In this document: in pieces, positions 19,847 through 28,552 of the stretch | Layout: every line of letters begins with the position of its first letter | Numbering within the stretch: the stretch's first letter is position 1 | NCBI RefSeq assembly: GCF_028293835.1 | Contig: NZ_JAQGNX010000179.1 | Location: 49,169-113,168, forward strand | Direction of reading: 5' to 3' | Length of the DNA stretch: 64,000 nt | DNA from: Pseudomonas sp. | Lineage (GTDB): Bacteria > Pseudomonadota > Gammaproteobacteria > Pseudomonadales > Pseudomonadaceae | The notes under the pieces: generated by a model | Database searches by the model: none | The model's input: only the letters and a program-made list of their open reading frames with translations | Told to the model about the DNA's origin: nothing | Program-made: the position numbers and the translations under genes

Positions 19847-21034
19847 ATGAGAGAAGCGGTCATCGTTTCCACCGCTCGCACCCCGATCGGGAAAGCCCAT
19901 CGCGGCGCTCTGAACGCGATCAAGTCACCCACGCTCACCGCTCATGCGCTGTTGCATAGTGTGTTGCGCGCCGGCATTGAACCGGCCGAGGTCGAAGACG
20001 TGATTATTGGCGCCGCGATGGGCGCCGGAACTGCAGGACGAAACCTTGCGCGGGCAGCCGCCTTGCGAGCGGGCTTTGGCGTTGGGGTGGCGGGCTCTAC
20101 CGTAGATCGACAATGTGCTTCCGGCCTGATGGCGATTTCTATTGCGGCCAAACAAATCATTGTCGACGGCATGGACATTGTGATTGGCGGTGGGTCGGAA
20201 AACGTCAGTGCGTTGGCACCCGGTTATCTTGAATGGGCGGTCCGTGACAAGGACCCGGCGCTGGTCGAGCGCGTACCTGGCGCTTATATGCCGATGATCG
20301 AAACGGCGGAGTACGTCGCCAGGCACTACGGGATCTCTCGCCAGGCTCAGGATGACTACGCATTGTTGGCCATGCAGCGAGCGGTCGCGGCGCAGTCTCG
20401 AGGCGTGTTCGCTGAGGAAATAGCGCCGTTGGATGTGTCACAGAAAATCGTCGACAAACACACTGACAAGATCAGTTACAAGAACTACCTGTTTTCTGAA
20501 GACGAATGTTTGCGCGCCGGCACCACCGCCGAGGGGTTGGCTGCGCTCAAGCCCGTTATGGAGGGCGGTAGTATTACGGCGGGTAACGCCAGCCAGTTAT
20601 CCGACGGAGCTTCGGCGTGCGTACTGATGGAGGCCAGGGCTGCAGAGCGACGCGGATTACAACCCTTGGGCGTATACCGGGGGTTTATTACCACGGGATG
20701 TGCCCCTGAGGAGATGGGCATAGGTCCGCTGTCAGCCGTACCGAAATTACTCGGTAAACACGGGCTGACCATTGATGATGTTGGCCTCTGGGAGCTGAAT
20801 GAAGCCTTTGCCTGTCAGGCATTGTATTGTCGCGATCAGTTGGGCATTGACCCTGATCGATTCAACGTCAACGGTGGCGGCATTGGACTTGGCCACCCTT
20901 TTGGAATGACCGGCTCACGACTGGTAGGCAGTGCCTTGCTGGAAGGGAAGAGGCGCGGTGTACGGTACGTCGTGGTCACCATGTGTATTGGTGGCGGGAT
21001 GGGCGCGGCGGGGTTGTTCGAGGTTTACGTGTGA
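19847..21034 (+). CDS. Acetyl-CoA C-acyltransferase (thiolase, PimB-like)
   Basis: [17 protein letters not shown]; [28 protein letters not shown] catalytic motifs intact; GGAG RBS. Confidence 0.92.
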   Translation: MREAVIVSTARTPIGKAHRGALNAIKSPTLTAHALLHSVLRAGIEPAEVEDVIIGAAMGAGTAGRNLARAAALRAGFGVGVAGSTVDRQCASGLMAISIAAKQIIVDGMDIVIGGGSENVSALAPGYLEWAVRDKDPALVERVPGAYMPMIETAEYVARHYGISRQAQDDYALLAMQRAVAAQSRGVFAEEIAPLDVSQKIVDKHTDKISYKNYLFSEDECLRAGTTAEGLAALKPVMEGGSITAGNASQLSDGASACVLMEARAAERRGLQPLGVYRGFITTGCAPEEMGIGPLSAVPKLLGKHGLTIDDVGLWELNEAFACQALYCRDQLGIDPDRFNVNGGGIGLGHPFGMTGSRLVGSALLEGKRRGVRYVVVTMCIGGGMGAAGLFEVYV

Positions 21035-21050
21035 AACTTCTTTGAGCAGC

Positions 21051-21072
21051 GAGCCCGGCAAAGACCGGGCTC
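21051..21072. terminator. Hairpin between convergent operons
   Basis: GAGCCCGG-CAAAGA-CCGGGCTC, 8-bp perfect stem; U-tracts weak. Confidence 0.5.
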
Positions 21073-21091
21073 AATCCTTTAACGCTGGCGG

Positions 21092-22228
21092 TTATGCAGC
21101 TCTTTCCGCGGCCGCCAGTTGTTCGTAGTGATGCATGCTGCTGCCTAATGCGACGTTGATCAATGTCATGCGTTTGAAGTAATGACCTATAACGTACTCC
21201 TCAGTGACGCCAATCCCGCCGTGCAACTGAATGGCTTGCCCGCAGACAAACTGTCCGCTTCTGCCGATATGCGCTTTGACCGCAGACAGCGCATGGTCAC
21301 GCTCAGCCTCTCCCAGTTCAAGACTGGCCAGCCCCAGATGCAACAGGCTGCGGGACAGTTCCAGTTCAATCAACATTTCGCTCATGCGGTGTTGCAAACT
21401 CTGAAAGCTGCCCAGAACCTGACCAAATTGTTTACGAATCTTGAGGTAGTCCCGGGTAATCCACAGTGATTGCTCCATGATGCCGACCGCCTCTGCCACC
21501 AATCCCACAAGCGCGTGGGCATTGCCTTGGCTAAGGGCTGCAAACCCGTTGCCTACCACGCCCAAAACGTGCGTTGCGGTCACTTCAACATTGCACAGGG
21601 TCAAGTGGCTGCCCCAACGATTGTCGATCAGACGAACGTTACGCTTGCCGACTCCGTGGGTCTTGGCGTCGATAAGAAACAGCGTAATACCTTCGCGATC
21701 ACTGGCCTCGCCAGAGGTACGTGCCGAAACGATGAATAACTCGGCGACGTTGCCGCCGACCACGGCGATTTTTTCCCCATTCAACCGCCAGCGGTTTTCT
21801 CCTGTCGACACGGCTGAAGTGCGGACCGACGCCAGATCTCCTCGGGCAGTGGCTTCGTCGTGGGCGAGTATGGGCAGTAACAAGCCTTCACCCAGCGATT
21901 GCAAAACCGTGCGCGCTTTGGGGTCATTGATAGCCAGTAGCGTTTGTGCTGCCAGCACCGCAACGGCCCAGTACGGCTCGACGCACAACACGCGGCCTAT
22001 CTCTTCCATCACCAAAGCGCTCTCGACAGCCGAGCAATTCATTCCGCCCAGTTCTTCGGGTAACCCCAAGGCGAGCAACCCCAGTTCTGCCATGTGTTGC
22101 CAGTGGCCTGTGTCGAACGCGCCGTTATCAACGGTGGCGCCGCGCCGCTCGAAGGGACAGGTCTCTTGCATAAACCGACGGACACTGTCTTTGAGCATGG
22201 TTTGCTCTTCGTTTAATTGAAAATCCAT
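21092..22228 (-). CDS. Acyl-CoA dehydrogenase, PimD-like beta subunit
   Basis: MDFQLNEEQTML; RKQFGQVLGSFQSLQHRMSEM; AIQLHGGIGVTEEY. Confidence 0.88.
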   Translation of the reverse strand: MDFQLNEEQTMLKDSVRRFMQETCPFERRGATVDNGAFDTGHWQHMAELGLLALGLPEELGGMNCSAVESALVMEEIGRVLCVEPYWAVAVLAAQTLLAINDPKARTVLQSLGEGLLLPILAHDEATARGDLASVRTSAVSTGENRWRLNGEKIAVVGGNVAELFIVSARTSGEASDREGITLFLIDAKTHGVGKRNVRLIDNRWGSHLTLCNVEVTATHVLGVVGNGFAALSQGNAHALVGLVAEAVGIMEQSLWITRDYLKIRKQFGQVLGSFQSLQHRMSEMLIELELSRSLLHLGLASLELGEAERDHALSAVKAHIGRSGQFVCGQAIQLHGGIGVTEEYVIGHYFKRMTLINVALGSSMHHYEQLAAAERAA

Positions 22229-22230
22229 GC

Positions 22231-23430
22231 TCAAAGCTCCAGAAACGAACGGGCAATAATGGTGCGTTGTACTTCGTTGGCTCCGCCGTAAATTGTCGTG
22301 GCCCGACGGTAGAAATAATCGGCCATGATCCCAGGTGCGGTGGCGGGGCCTGGCGGCCAATCCTGTTGCCGCCGAACGTTTCCCAGGGGATCGGTGAAGA
22401 CGTAACAGGCATGGCTGCCAAGTGCTTCGACTTGTAATTCGCCTATTTTTTGTAATAACTCGGAACCACGGATCTTCAGCACGGACCCCACCGGCAGGCG
22501 CGATTGGCCGCCGGCTTTTTCATGCAAAGCGCGCAGGCTTAGCCAGCGCAAGGCCAGTAAATCGGTATCCAGTGTCGCGAGGCGGCTCGCAAAACCCGGT
22601 TGGTCAATCAGTCGTCGGCCATCGCTCTGCACTTTATTGAGCAATGTGCGCAGACGTGAAAGATGAGCGTTGTTACGCGGCCATTCGGCACTGAAGGCGC
22701 GCTCGTTTTCCAACAAGAATTTAGCGTAGGTCCAGCCCATGCCTTCCTCGCCAACCAGGTTAGAGACCGGCACCCGTACATTGTCGAAAAACACCTCATT
22801 GAGGCTGTGGCTTTCGCCAATGTCATAAATCGGGCGGATGGTGACGCCTGGTGCCTGACGGTCCACCAGAATCATCGATATACCGCGCTGGCGCGCTTGT
22901 GGGTCGGTTTTGGCGAGGATAAAAATCATGTCCGCGGTTTCGACGAATGAGGTCCATATCTTCTGCCCGTTGATTACATAGTCATCACCGTCGCGCTCGG
23001 CACGGGTGCTCAGTGAACCCAGGTCCGAGCCCGCATTTGGTTCGGAAAAACCCTGCCCCCAGAAAACGTCACCGCTGAGAATCCGCGGGCCGTACTGACG
23101 CTTCATGGTTTCACTGGCGAACGTCATGATCACCGGGCCGATCATCTTGAAACCCGCCGTGTCCACTGCTGGAGCACCCGCCAGAAATGTCTCTTCGTCG
23201 AAAATAAACTGGCGCACCGGCGACCATCCAGTACCGCCCCAGGACGCAGGCCAATTGGCGCCCGACCAGCCTTGGCTGTGAAGTATTTTGGTCCATTGAC
23301 GGGTGTCTTCGCGCAAGGGATGGTAGCCGCGCCGGTTACGCTCAGCCAAGTCTTGTGGAAGTTTCGCCTTGAGAAAAGCACGGACTTCCTCACGGAAGTG
23401 CTCGTCCTCCTGATCGGGTTTGAAATGCAT
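22231..23430 (-). CDS. Acyl-CoA dehydrogenase, PimC-like alpha subunit
   Basis: WGQGFSEPNAGSDL, LLENER, IYGGANEVQRTII. Confidence 0.9.
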   Translation of the reverse strand: MHFKPDQEDEHFREEVRAFLKAKLPQDLAERNRRGYHPLREDTRQWTKILHSQGWSGANWPASWGGTGWSPVRQFIFDEETFLAGAPAVDTAGFKMIGPVIMTFASETMKRQYGPRILSGDVFWGQGFSEPNAGSDLGSLSTRAERDGDDYVINGQKIWTSFVETADMIFILAKTDPQARQRGISMILVDRQAPGVTIRPIYDIGESHSLNEVFFDNVRVPVSNLVGEEGMGWTYAKFLLENERAFSAEWPRNNAHLSRLRTLLNKVQSDGRRLIDQPGFASRLATLDTDLLALRWLSLRALHEKAGGQSRLPVGSVLKIRGSELLQKIGELQVEALGSHACYVFTDPLGNVRRQQDWPPGPATAPGIMADYFYRRATTIYGGANEVQRTIIARSFLEL

Positions 23431-23480
23431 GAACGAGGTCCTTCGGTGATAAGTGGAGTCGGGCAGGGCCGCAGGGTTGA

Positions 23481-24683
23481 TTAATTAGGTGGCGTATTGA
23501 AAGGTTGGCCCTTGTCCGGTCGATAGTCCTGAGGCAGCCCCAACACCCTCTCAGCCAGTGTGTTGAGAAGTAGCTCATCGGTGCCCCCCGCAATGCGCAA
23601 ACTGGGGTCCAGCCACGCGCTGGCGAAGTCGCTTCTGGGGTGGGCGTCCGGCCCCAGGATTGCACCGCTGGCCCCCAACAAATTCAGAGCAGTCCGACTC
23701 AAGGACTGGCGCGTCCGGCCCAATAACAGTTTCCGAATCGCGCCCTCCGGGCCTGGCGCCTGGCCGTTGGCAAAGGCATCCAGCGCACGACGGTGTATCG
23801 CCCGAAGGCCTTGGCGTTCCACGAAAATATCGGCGATGGTGGCGCGAATTTCGCCGTCCTCCAGGGCCGAATGACCGTTAATGTTGGTGTGGGCTGCCAG
23901 CTCGACGAAACGCTCCAGCGTGGGTCCATAGCCTGATTCATCGGTTACCGCGTAACGCTCGATCATCAGCGTCTCAACGGCAACCTTGAAACCGCCGTTG
24001 ACTTGCCCAAGGCGCTGGTCATCGGGGACAAAGACATCATCAAAAAAGACTTCATTGAGGTCTTTTTCCCCACCCAGTCGGCGGATCGGCACGACCGAAA
24101 CGCCCGGCGACTTCATGTCGAGGAAGAAATAGGTCAAGCCGGCATGCTTGGGCAGGTTGGGATCGGTTCGCGCGACAATCACGCCCCAGTCGGCAATTTG
24201 CGCCCAACTGGTCCAGACTTTTTGTCCGCTCAGGCGCCAGCCGCCTTCAGTCGGAACAGCCTTTAGGCGCAACGACGCCAGGTCAGAACCCGCCGACGGC
24301 TCCGAGAACAATTGGCACCAGATCAACTCACCGCGAACGGTGGGACGGGCCAGACGCTCTGTCCAAAGCGGCGAGGCGTAGCGCAGAAAAATTGGCAATG
24401 GGTTGTTCAGGCTGATACTGAAATAGGCCAGCGGCAGGTCGTAGTGCATCTCCTCTTCACTGAAGACCACTTTTTCCAATTCACTGCCTCCGGCGCCTCC
24501 GACTTCGGTGGGCAAAGTAATGCAGGCATAGCCGTGATCGGCCTTAAGGGCTTGCCAGGCGCGGCCAAGGGCCAAATCGGCTTCCAAGCTCAACTGCTGC
24601 CGTGCTGTACCCGAGTACGGCGGTGCGTTTTCAGCCAGCCAGCATCTGGCGCACTCACGGTATTCTTTGAGAGCGTCGTTCAT
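23481..24683 (-). CDS. Acyl-CoA dehydrogenase, alpha-type subunit
   Basis: WCQLFSEPSAGSDL, GQKVWTS, LMIER, IAGGTDELLLN. Confidence 0.88.
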   Translation of the reverse strand: MNDALKEYRECARCWLAENAPPYSGTARQQLSLEADLALGRAWQALKADHGYACITLPTEVGGAGGSELEKVVFSEEEMHYDLPLAYFSISLNNPLPIFLRYASPLWTERLARPTVRGELIWCQLFSEPSAGSDLASLRLKAVPTEGGWRLSGQKVWTSWAQIADWGVIVARTDPNLPKHAGLTYFFLDMKSPGVSVVPIRRLGGEKDLNEVFFDDVFVPDDQRLGQVNGGFKVAVETLMIERYAVTDESGYGPTLERFVELAAHTNINGHSALEDGEIRATIADIFVERQGLRAIHRRALDAFANGQAPGPEGAIRKLLLGRTRQSLSRTALNLLGASGAILGPDAHPRSDFASAWLDPSLRIAGGTDELLLNTLAERVLGLPQDYRPDKGQPFNTPPN

Positions 24684-24696
24684 TATTGATCCGCCA

Positions 24697-25797
24697 TTAT
24701 TGTGAGTGTGCCGTTTTCAATCCGATGTCGCTTAACAGGCGCTCGCGCCAATAGGGAAGGCTGCCCAATTCCAGGGCCAGCGTCCGCGAGCGACGGTAAT
24801 GGTGGTGAGGCATGGCCTCCCAGGTCACACCCATCCCGCCATGGATGTGCAGGCATTCTTGTGCGGCGTAGTCATAGGCTTTGGTTGCCGCGATCCGCGC
24901 TGCGGATGCCAGTTGTCGTTTTTCCGGCAGGTCTTGGTCCCAGGCATCCAAGGCATCGCTGACGCAACCTCGGGCAACCTCAAGCAGGCAATAGATCTCC
25001 GCGAGTTTGTGCTTGATCCCCTGGAAGCTGCCGATCAACTGGCCGAACGCGCGGCGTTCGCGAGCGTATTTGCACGCCAGATCAAGACTGGCCTGGGCGC
25101 CGCCGACCTGTTCGCAGGCGCATGCCAGGGCGGCGAGGCTGGTGACATTCAAGACCTCATTGACGCTGCCAAGCAGCCTCCCGGGGACGTGTTTAAAGCA
25201 CAGCACTGCTGCCGCCCGGGCGTTATCGAAACTGTTGTGCGGCATACGCTGAACCCCCGGTTGGTGCAGATCGACCAGAAAGAGGGCAATACCCTGTTCG
25301 CTGTGAGCTTGAACCAGTGCCACATCAGCAACGTCGGCAAACGCCGCCAATGCTTTTTCGCCGTCTAGAAACCCGTGGGTACTGACCAGCGATGGGCTGG
25401 TGGACAGGCCTGAGTCAGTAGGGTCAGCAAGCGCCAGGCAGGCAATCTTGCTGCCAAGGGTGAGCGCTTCTATCAGCGGCAGCCATTGTTCTGTGGCGCT
25501 CTGTTGCAACGCATCCGCGACCACCGCGTTAGCCATCAGCGGCAAGGAAGCGGTGACACGCCCGGTTTCTTCGCAGAGCACCCCGAGGCCGCTCCACCCC
25601 AGACCCAAACCGCCGGCCTGTTCAGTCATGCCCACGCTGGGCCAGCCCTGCTCGACGGCATGTCCCCATAAAACATGATCAAAGCTGGCGGGCGCTTCAA
25701 GCAACGACTTCAGGTGCTCAGGCGTGGCTTGATCGTTAAGCAGGCGTTTGGCCTGATCACGAATCGAAGCAAGGATTTCGGCATGCTCTTCTTGCAT
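24697..25797 (-). CDS. Acyl-CoA dehydrogenase, beta-type subunit
   Basis: RRAFGQLIGSFQGIKHKLAE, LHIHGGMGVTWE, HHHYRR. Confidence 0.86.
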   Translation of the reverse strand: MQEEHAEILASIRDQAKRLLNDQATPEHLKSLLEAPASFDHVLWGHAVEQGWPSVGMTEQAGGLGLGWSGLGVLCEETGRVTASLPLMANAVVADALQQSATEQWLPLIEALTLGSKIACLALADPTDSGLSTSPSLVSTHGFLDGEKALAAFADVADVALVQAHSEQGIALFLVDLHQPGVQRMPHNSFDNARAAAVLCFKHVPGRLLGSVNEVLNVTSLAALACACEQVGGAQASLDLACKYARERRAFGQLIGSFQGIKHKLAEIYCLLEVARGCVSDALDAWDQDLPEKRQLASAARIAATKAYDYAAQECLHIHGGMGVTWEAMPHHHYRRSRTLALELGSLPYWRERLLSDIGLKTAHSQ

Positions 25798-25807
25798 TCA
25801 GGAGTTC

Positions 25808-26215
25808 TCAGGCAGGCGTGAATAGGGGGAGGTAGATCTCTTCAATCGCTTCGAACACCACACGAACTCGCTGTCCGATGTGAGTTGAATCGATCGGACA
25901 ACCAACGATATTGGTGGTCAGGTGTAGGCCTTGTTGTTCATCGAGCGACACGACGGCAATGGCGTAAGGCACGGGCTGACCTGGCGCCCATGGCTGGTGA
26001 TTAATGGTCAGTGCTTCGATGGTGCCCCGGCCCGAAACCACCTGTGGTGCAATATTTCGGCTCAGGCATTTCGGGCAAATGATCCCCGGCGGATGCAACC
26101 AGTGCTGGCAATCGGAGCACTGCAAAATCCGCAGTTGTCCGTCATGGCCACTGGTCCAGAAAAATGTGTTGAGGTCGTCCAGTGCAGGTAAAGCGCGTTG
26201 AAAATCGGTGCTCAT
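25808..26215 (-). CDS. DUF35 Zn-ribbon/OB-fold acyl-CoA-binding protein
   Basis: CSDC...HPP...CPKC Zn ribbon; PYAIAVVSLDEQ, LTTNIV, IGQRVRVVF. Confidence 0.88.
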   Translation of the reverse strand: MSTDFQRALPALDDLNTFFWTSGHDGQLRILQCSDCQHWLHPPGIICPKCLSRNIAPQVVSGRGTIEALTINHQPWAPGQPVPYAIAVVSLDEQQGLHLTTNIVGCPIDSTHIGQRVRVVFEAIEEIYLPLFTPA

Positions 26216-26298
26216 AGGGGTCTCCAGCGATGACGGGCGTAACGAGCATGATGCTTCAGCTCATGAAGTGTGTTCCATCATTGTTCGTGCTCGGCAAA

Positions 26299-26319
26299 TA
26301 ACTAACATGTTGTTATTTT
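26299..26319. promoter_or_regulatory. Weaker operator candidate TAACTAAC-ATGTT-GTTATTTT
   Basis: One strong half-site; 84 nt upstream of the DUF35 start on the minus strand. Confidence 0.5.
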
Positions 26320-26422
26320 TAGAGCATCCTTGAGCAAGATGCAATACCCCTGTGTCGAGTTGACGTGAGGATTAACTTCAGCCAGTCATGGACGGTTGTC
26401 GATGTAGGTCATTTTGCTGTAT

Positions 26423-26443
26423 AAGCTGACACAAGGTCAGTTA
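26423..26443. promoter_or_regulatory. Palindromic operator candidate AAGCTGAC-ACAAG-GTCAGTTA
   Basis: 19 nt before the SDR ATG. Confidence 0.72.
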
Positions 26444-26462
26444 TTAACCGCTATACAGGAGA

Positions 26463-27167
26463 ATGTCGATGTCGAACTCACTGGTCGTTGTCACGGGGGC
26501 CGCTGGCGCGCTGGGTCGTGTCGTTGCTCAGGCTTTCTTGCAGCAGGGGCGCCCGGTTTTGTTAATCGATTGCAGTGAGCAGGCCCTGCATTCGGTTTAT
26601 GAGGGGATTGCAGGCGATACGCATTTTCTGGCTGTCGATTTGACGGACGCGGCGGCGACGCAGGCTTCGCTGGCCAACGTATTTCAGGTTAAAGGGCCGG
26701 CAGGTGTGCTGTGCAACATCGCCGGTGGCTTTGCCATGGGCAGCGAGGTGCACGACCCCGATGGTTCGGTCTGGCAGCAAATGATGGACCTGAACGTGGC
26801 GACGGTCCTAAACACCTGCCGCGCCACGGTGCCGGGGATGTTGGCTGCGGGCACCGGTAAAATTATCAATGTTTCGGCCGCCTCGGCTATCAGTGGCAAG
26901 GGGACCATGGGCGCCTATTGCGCTTCGAAAAGTGCTGTGGCGCGACTCACTGAATCCATGGCTCAGGAGTTGCGAGGCCGCGGCATCAATGTCAATGCAG
27001 TAGCCCCTAGCATTATCGACAGCCCGGCAAATCGGGCAGCCATGCCTGAGGTGGATCCGGCACTCTGGGTCTCGCCTCAGCAACTGGCCGACGTCATCGG
27101 CTTCCTGGCCAGCGATGCGGCCAGCGCGTTGCAGGGTGCAGTTATTCCGGTGGTGGGGTTGTCCTGA
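26463..27167 (+). CDS. Classical short-chain dehydrogenase/reductase
   Basis: TGAAGALG, NIAG, YCASK, NAVAPSII; ACAGGAG RBS. Confidence 0.9.
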   Translation: MSMSNSLVVVTGAAGALGRVVAQAFLQQGRPVLLIDCSEQALHSVYEGIAGDTHFLAVDLTDAAATQASLANVFQVKGPAGVLCNIAGGFAMGSEVHDPDGSVWQQMMDLNVATVLNTCRATVPGMLAAGTGKIINVSAASAISGKGTMGAYCASKSAVARLTESMAQELRGRGINVNAVAPSIIDSPANRAAMPEVDPALWVSPQQLADVIGFLASDAASALQGAVIPVVGLS

Positions 27168-27182
27168 CATAGGTCCAGTCCC

Positions 27183-27210
27183 GTCAGGGCGCTTGGTAAA
27201 GCGCCCTGAC
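27183..27210. terminator. Hairpin between convergent SDR and crotonase genes
   Basis: GTCAGGGCGCTT-GGTA-AAGCGCCCTGAC, 12-bp perfect stem. Confidence 0.6.
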
Positions 27211-27245
27211 CTCGGCGTTGAGCTTTCAATGTGGACCTGGAGCGA

Positions 27246-28022
27246 TTATCGTCCTTTCCACTCCGGGGTACGCTTTTCTTGAAAGGCCCGTAGCCCAATG
27301 ATTATGTCTTCTGAGGTCGCAAGGCGCTGACAGGCGACGTCTGTGGCCATGCGTAAATCATCCTCTCCCAACGCCAATGCCTGGCGGGCGATCAACAGGG
27401 TTTCCTGGACGGCAAGCGGTGCGTTAGCGGCGATCTGTCTGGCCAGTTGCAGCGCTGACGCCAGCACTTCGTCATCCTCTACTTGCCGATTGATCAGCCC
27501 CAGCGCCGCTGCACGTTCCGCATCTAGTCCGTTGCCAGTCAACAACAACTCCATGGCCAGGGCCGGAGATATCCGGCGCATCAGCCGATAGACACCGCCT
27601 GCACCGGCGATCAGCCCCCGCTTCACCTCGGGCAAGGTGAAGCGGGCGTTCTTCCCTGCGATGATCATGTCGCAGGCGAGCGCCAATTCGGTACCCCCTC
27701 CATGCGCAGCTCCACGTACCGCTGCGATCCAGGGTTTACGACGGCGGGCATGGATCAGCCCACCCATGCCAGCGCCATTGACCATGAGTTGTTCGCCGGC
27801 ACCGGCCGCGATGTCATCCAAATCAGCCCCGGCACAGAAGGCTACCGGGCCTTCCCCCGTCAAAATCACGACGCGTATGTCGCGAGTCGCCTCGGTGCGT
27901 TCGACCAGCATGGCCAGCGTTCGTGACGCGCTCACATTGATGGCATTGCGTTTATCCGGCCGGTTCAAGGTAATCACGGCGATGCCGGGCTCTGGTTCCT
28001 GGTAAAGCACATCCTCGGTCAT
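27246..28022 (-). CDS. Enoyl-CoA hydratase/isomerase (crotonase)
   Basis: ITLNRPDKRNA, FCAGADL, AHGGGTELALACD, LPEVKRG (both catalytic Glu present). Confidence 0.9.
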   Translation of the reverse strand: MTEDVLYQEPEPGIAVITLNRPDKRNAINVSASRTLAMLVERTEATRDIRVVILTGEGPVAFCAGADLDDIAAGAGEQLMVNGAGMGGLIHARRRKPWIAAVRGAAHGGGTELALACDMIIAGKNARFTLPEVKRGLIAGAGGVYRLMRRISPALAMELLLTGNGLDAERAAALGLINRQVEDDEVLASALQLARQIAANAPLAVQETLLIARQALALGEDDLRMATDVACQRLATSEDIIIGLRAFQEKRTPEWKGR

Positions 28023-28048
28023 ATCTACCTTCCGCGTTCAAGTCTGAA

Positions 28049-28069
28049 TAACTGATGCTATGACAGTTA
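28049..28069. promoter_or_regulatory. Palindromic operator candidate TAACTGAT-GCTAT-GACAGTTA
   Basis: 26 nt upstream of the crotonase ATG, between it and a divergent pseudogene. Confidence 0.68.
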
Positions 28070-28115
28070 CTGCATCCTTGGACAGCGATAGCTCGCCCGC
28101 TCCGACAGAGTAACA

Positions 28116-28488
28116 ATGAATTTCAGGAAGGCTCTGCTCTGTAAAGCTTTGGCATCACCGACAGTCGGGTATTGGCGGACGTCACGAGCCCGTTGTTAAA
28201 AAGCGACGAGGTTTTGCTGGATGTACATGCGGCAGGCGCAGGCATGTCAGAAAGGGTAATTGGGTCATGGTCCTGACGGACTGGGGCGGTTTGCCGGCCG
28301 GGACTCTCAACGCGCTGAGAGTTGATGGTGCTCAAACCATCAGCAGAAGTTTGCCCGTGGTCGCCCGACTCTCCAAATCCGAATGCATGGAGCATTTGCC
28401 GATCCGATTTCCGGTGGTCGCGGACGTGTTCGCGAATGAAGCGATGCGGTACCCAGACAAACCGCAAATGAGTGGCAAAGAAGGTTGA
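28116..28488 (+). pseudogene. Eroded MDR-family NADPH:quinone oxidoreductase remnant
   Basis: Successive frames give KALLCK / FGITDSRVLADVTSPLLKSDEVLLDVHAAG / KGNWVMVLTDWGG / EAMRYPDKPQMSGK, colinear with the MDR pattern MKAxLCKxFG...DEVLLDVHAAG...GDRVMALTGWG...GK; frameshifts and large deletions. Confidence 0.7.
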
Positions 28489-28552
28489 GTCGTAGTTCTT
28501 AAACGCTACTGTTGACTCGCTCGGTCGCGACACGCTCTGGATGTTTTGCAAG

